A stretch of DNA of 63,935 nt, counting the filler, from Rhizaria sp. SCN 62-66 (lineage: Eukaryota): NCBI GenBank assembly GCA_001724265.1. It is 5 parts of 5 records of this genome, joined end to end, with 100 filler letters (N's around TTAATTAATTAA, not from the genome) between each part and the next. Parts side by side here need not be neighbours in the genome. Positions count along the whole stretch, not along the records: positions 55,203 to 63,935 come from MEDY01000687.1; 4 more parts are not named here. One strand, given 5' to 3'. A program made the translations under genes and the position numbers. The notes beneath the pieces are model-generated. The model did not search any database and had not been told where the DNA came from. It saw only the letters and a program-made list of their open reading frames with translations. Shown piece after piece: positions 60,298 to 63,935 of this stretch (within the stretch, counting starts at the first letter, position 1; the number at the start of each line of letters is the position of its first letter).

Positions 60298-61147
60298 GTC
60301 AAAATAGCTTGCAAGCATCGAAGTAAAAAACCTTAAAACAGCCAAGTGTCTACTCATGTGATTGAATCAAAGTAGAACTTGACCTGAATTGTTTTTTGTG
60401 CGTTTATTCGACAAGTTATTTCTTTCAGCTTTCTTGTTGGTTTTTGTTGTTAGGCATCACATCGCTTTTGTTCGATATGTTGCTTGTTCTTTCTTTAACT
60501 TCTTTGTACTTTATTCTGCTTTGGACTCTTACTTGATTAGTAGCGGTCTAAGTGCCGGTCATATTGACGTTCTCCATACTTTTATAGGCAAAACGCCATT
60601 CACTTACATCTTGCAAACTCTTTTAGTTTGTAAGCTTATTGATGTGACGGGCTGTGCTGTACAGATGCGTTTTATTTTATTTTATTTTGCGTCTTTTTAA
60701 AGTCATTTTCGTGATGAATTTTAAATTGAAATCAATGATTTCGTACATTTTTTATTTTGTTCGTCGTGTCTTCCCTGTGTGTGTTTTGTTCGCAGTTTTT
60801 ACTCCAATGACAGCATACCTTCAGTGCCAATGACAGTGATAACAGATTGATGATCAGACTCTAAATTCGCTTTTCACGGTGAAGCATAATTACATGTCTA
60901 GTTTTCACTTCCTTTTTTTTTTCATGTGACTATACTCGTTTCATCTGTGACCTATTAACATTATCTTGTTGAGGTTGATGGGGTCGACGAGGATTAACGA
61001 AGTATGGGCCTTACTAAAGGACATGAAAGGTTTGATAGTCCACAATTAATAAATTTTAGCCTTATAATATGAAAAACATGTTATTTCCTCTAATGGGTTT
61101 GAAGGACATCCAGTCGTGATCGCTTGCATTTTGCCCCTTGCCACCAG

Positions 61148-61468
61148 GCTCTCGACACTGCCGTCTCCCAGGGCCCCGCAGATATCGCCGTCGACGCCGA
61201 TCACCTCGAGTTCTACTCCTCCGGTCTCTACAGCCATGCTAACTGCACTGAGAACATATCGCACGCTGTCGTCCTCGTCGGCGCTGGTAAGCTGTCCGCT
61301 GATGACGCCGCTCGCAGCGCGAATATTTTTGCTGCCACCGCTGGTGAGCGTTACTGGTTAATTCGCAACTCCTGGGGCGTATATTGGGGAGAAGGCGGGT
61401 ACTTCCACATGCCGGTGAAGGGGAATCTATGCGGTTTGCACACCGCTGTCCATAACGCAGTTGTTTAA
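61148..61468 (+). CDS. Papain-family (C1A) cysteine protease, last exon or fragment only
   Basis: QGPADIAVDA, FYSSGLY, SHAVVLVG (catalytic His), YWLIRNSWGVYWGEGGYF (Asn) and NLCGL, preceded by an acceptor-like CCACCAG. No upstream CGSCW exon found. Confidence 0.85.
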   Translation, partial: ALDTAVSQGPADIAVDADHLEFYSSGLYSHANCTENISHAVVLVGAGKLSADDAARSANIFAATAGERYWLIRNSWGVYWGEGGYFHMPVKGNLCGLHTAVHNAVV

Positions 61469-63232
61469 GTTCGCCTCAGTACGCCTGGCCTCCGTAGCCA
61501 CCCCTTGTGATCCAGCTTATCAGTCGCCAGTTCGTACTACGTGAGCGCTAAAACGCGCACAGTAAGTGTTAAACTTTATCATTCTGTCTCTCTTCCATTT
61601 TGTTTCTCTGACGTGGTGGTGGAGTGCCTATGACGCAGTTGTGTGCGCGGCCTACAATGCTGATCTTTAAGCGCGCCACGTTCATTACCCCGTTGGTTTT
61701 TCCGCCATCTGAGCCGCTATTTACAATATGGCAGGATGTGCATTTTTGAGCAATACTCGTGTTATTTTTCTTGCTCATCGCTCGACTAAACTAGATTACG
61801 ATGGACTTCTTTAGTCGTGTAACACAATGTAGATGATAGTGCAAAACGTGACGAAATCACACTTGCTTCCTCAACATTTGATAAGTCACAAAAAATCTAC
61901 CCATTCGATCAAATATAACTTAAAAACTATATGTTGGCATCAATGACTCTCCTTACAGTAATAGTGTCTATTCTTAGACTAGGAAAAAATCAACCACCCC
62001 GAGGACCGAACGTCACTTGCTCTGACCTCAGAACGTGAGCGAAGACTGGTTAGCAAGCCTTGCGAGAAACTGAGGCGGACCCACAGTGAGCGCTCATTAG
62101 TCACAAGAAGACATGTAGTATCTGTCTGACAATCTCAGTTGCGTAGAGCACATGGCTGCGATGTTAATCACTAACGCAGTGGTTGAAGCAAGTAGCCTTC
62201 TTACCAAGACATGTGATTTAACAGCAGAGCTTTCAGATACGAGATAAAAATACAAAATACAACTTTTATTTGATATTAAACACATATCGTGAGAGTTGGC
62301 TTACTTCTATGGCCACTGTACTGATACGTTTTGCGGTTAAAAAGGTTTAGCAACATGTGTTCCGTGCGAGAACGAATACACGTCATGATTAAGAGAAAAA
62401 CAAAGCAAAGTTATGCGGAACGAAAAAATTTAATTAGCATCGCCGCATTTAATAATACTGTAAGGTATAAGCTTACTGATTTTCAGGCTTCGGTGTCGGT
62501 AGCAATTAGATGACACTTCAACCTGAAACAGATTACGTATTTTAATACGTAGATCTTTTGAAATAATATCAAATTTAACGAGAGGTTAACTCGTAAGTCG
62601 GATGAGGGAAGGCTCCTAACGATTTCTCTACGACTGCATCGTTACTATATTTCGATTGGCAACATGAACACAGGCGTTCAGCGAGAAACGACCAGAAGAA
62701 CCTTTCATGAAAGAGCATGTTTCACGCGGAGTGCGAGTACAGCTGATAAGACGGAACAAAAAAGAAAGAACAAAGTTGAAAAAAAAACGAACACATTTTG
62801 TTTGGACACAAACAACAAACAACAGACAAACGATTGATTCATACACAATAACATCATACACTCTAATCAAGATTCTACAATCAAAAAATGAGCTAATATA
62901 ACACACAGTGAAAACGAAGAATGAAAGAAGGCACAATTCTCGAAAAAGAACAAAACGCCGAAAGAACACAACAACCCAGACATGACATAACCAATGGTAA
63001 CATTGAGAAATGTGTTCTACATAGGTGTGACCACGGAAGAGTTTGATGACTTGTTGGAGATTCGTGTCCACTCTAATGGACGTATTTGTAAGATGGAAAC
63101 AAAACTTGAAATATAACAAACACGACAAGAAAATTTATCAATATTGGTCTTAATATCAGGTAATGTAGGTGTCAGCTAACAGAAGTAGTATCCAATCCGC
63201 TCAGGTCTGGTTACATTGACTGTTGTTAACTC

Positions 63233-63935
63233 TTACATGAGATTGCGTGCGCCGACGTCGAGGTTCACCACAAGCGCGGCATCATCACACTGCTCGCGTG
63301 CACGCTGTCGAGCCTCCGCACCGGCAATCGCTTCCTCAGCTGCAGTCGCAGCGTCAGCGTTGCCAAAGTCCTCAGCGTTGGCATCGTGACCACGCGCAGC
63401 CACCCTGAACTTGGTATCCTCAGTGGCCTGCGTGCTCACCTGATCGAACGTGCTGTTCCACGCTGGCATAGTGCCAGTCTCCATTGCCAGCAGACCGTCG
63501 TGCCCGCGCTCCGCAGCCGCAGAGCGGTTCAGAGCCAACTTGTCGGCGTGCTTGCGACGGGTGTCACTCAAGCGCTGCGCGTCGGTCTTGGCAGACAGCG
63601 CAGACGTGAGCCCATTGCCGTTGGCGTGGGCCTCGGCAATGGCGGCTTTGGTGGGGGCAAGGTTCTTACACTCAAGCGCGAGTTTCTTCTCGCGGAGCTC
63701 GTCTTGGCGCCACTTGCGCATGACCTGCGGAATGTCGTGGCCCAGGATGTAGGCCTCACGCAGACGCAGACGCAGCGGTGCCAGGTTCATCTCCTCGCGC
63801 TGCAGCACGACAAACGCGATGACAACGACAACAAAAAAGAAAATAACGAGCACGCAGATGAGCACGGTGGCAACAACCTTAGCCGAGTGCGAGAGTGTGT
63901 CGACAAACAGGAAGTTGGCCAGGAAGAAGATCATG
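63233..63935 (-). CDS. 3' end of an unknown membrane protein (5' part outside window)
   Basis: Open frame with hydrophobic segments (VVATVLICVLVIFFFVVVVIAFVVL) and a helical tail. Ends TAA. Confidence 0.65.
   Translation of the reverse strand, partial: MIFFLANFLFVDTLSHSAKVVATVLICVLVIFFFVVVVIAFVVLQREEMNLAPLRLRLREAYILGHDIPQVMRKWRQDELREKKLALECKNLAPTKAAIAEAHANGNGLTSALSAKTDAQRLSDTRRKHADKLALNRSAAAERGHDGLLAMETGTMPAWNSTFDQVSTQATEDTKFRVAARGHDANAEDFGNADAATAAEEAIAGAEARQRAREQCDDAALVVNLDVGARNLM

Noticed and set aside
61570-63200. AT-rich ORFs such as 62628-63128
   Set aside because: Low-complexity intergenic or UTR sequence without host codon bias or motifs.
1-63935. CRISPR arrays, rRNA, tRNA (including a tRNA-Gln CUA) or prokaryotic operons
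   Set aside because: None recognised by eye; the sequence is eukaryotic nuclear DNA. A tRNAscan-SE run on the full assembly is needed.

Overview
Nuclear DNA of a GC-rich, aerobic, intron-containing eukaryote (probably a protist). Five contigs are joined by artificial N-TTAATTAATTAA-N linkers (11794-11893, 23111-23210, 45142-45241, 55103-55202). Recognisable host genes: a Myb/SANT-like regulator, a large Kelch+EGF surface protein, a TLC-domain membrane protein, an insertion-expanded metallophosphoesterase, Beclin-1/Atg6, a DEK1-like multi-pass calpain, cytochrome c1, a NIPA-type transporter and a papain-type last exon. Main results: (1) UAG appears to be read as Gln. Six in-frame TAGs fall inside four otherwise continuous genes, three of them at clear Gln positions, while every gene end I could identify is TAA or TGA. 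(2) Contig 2 carries an endogenous virophage-like relic: a Sputnik-type major capsid protein fragment facing a chimeric ~1190-codon gene (two degenerate cyclophilin-like repeats, ubiquitin, peptidase-S74 autocleaving chaperone). (3) Contig 1 ends in an unusual 9-mer telomere, (TTATTAGGG)n. All family calls are by eye from motifs; no searches were run.
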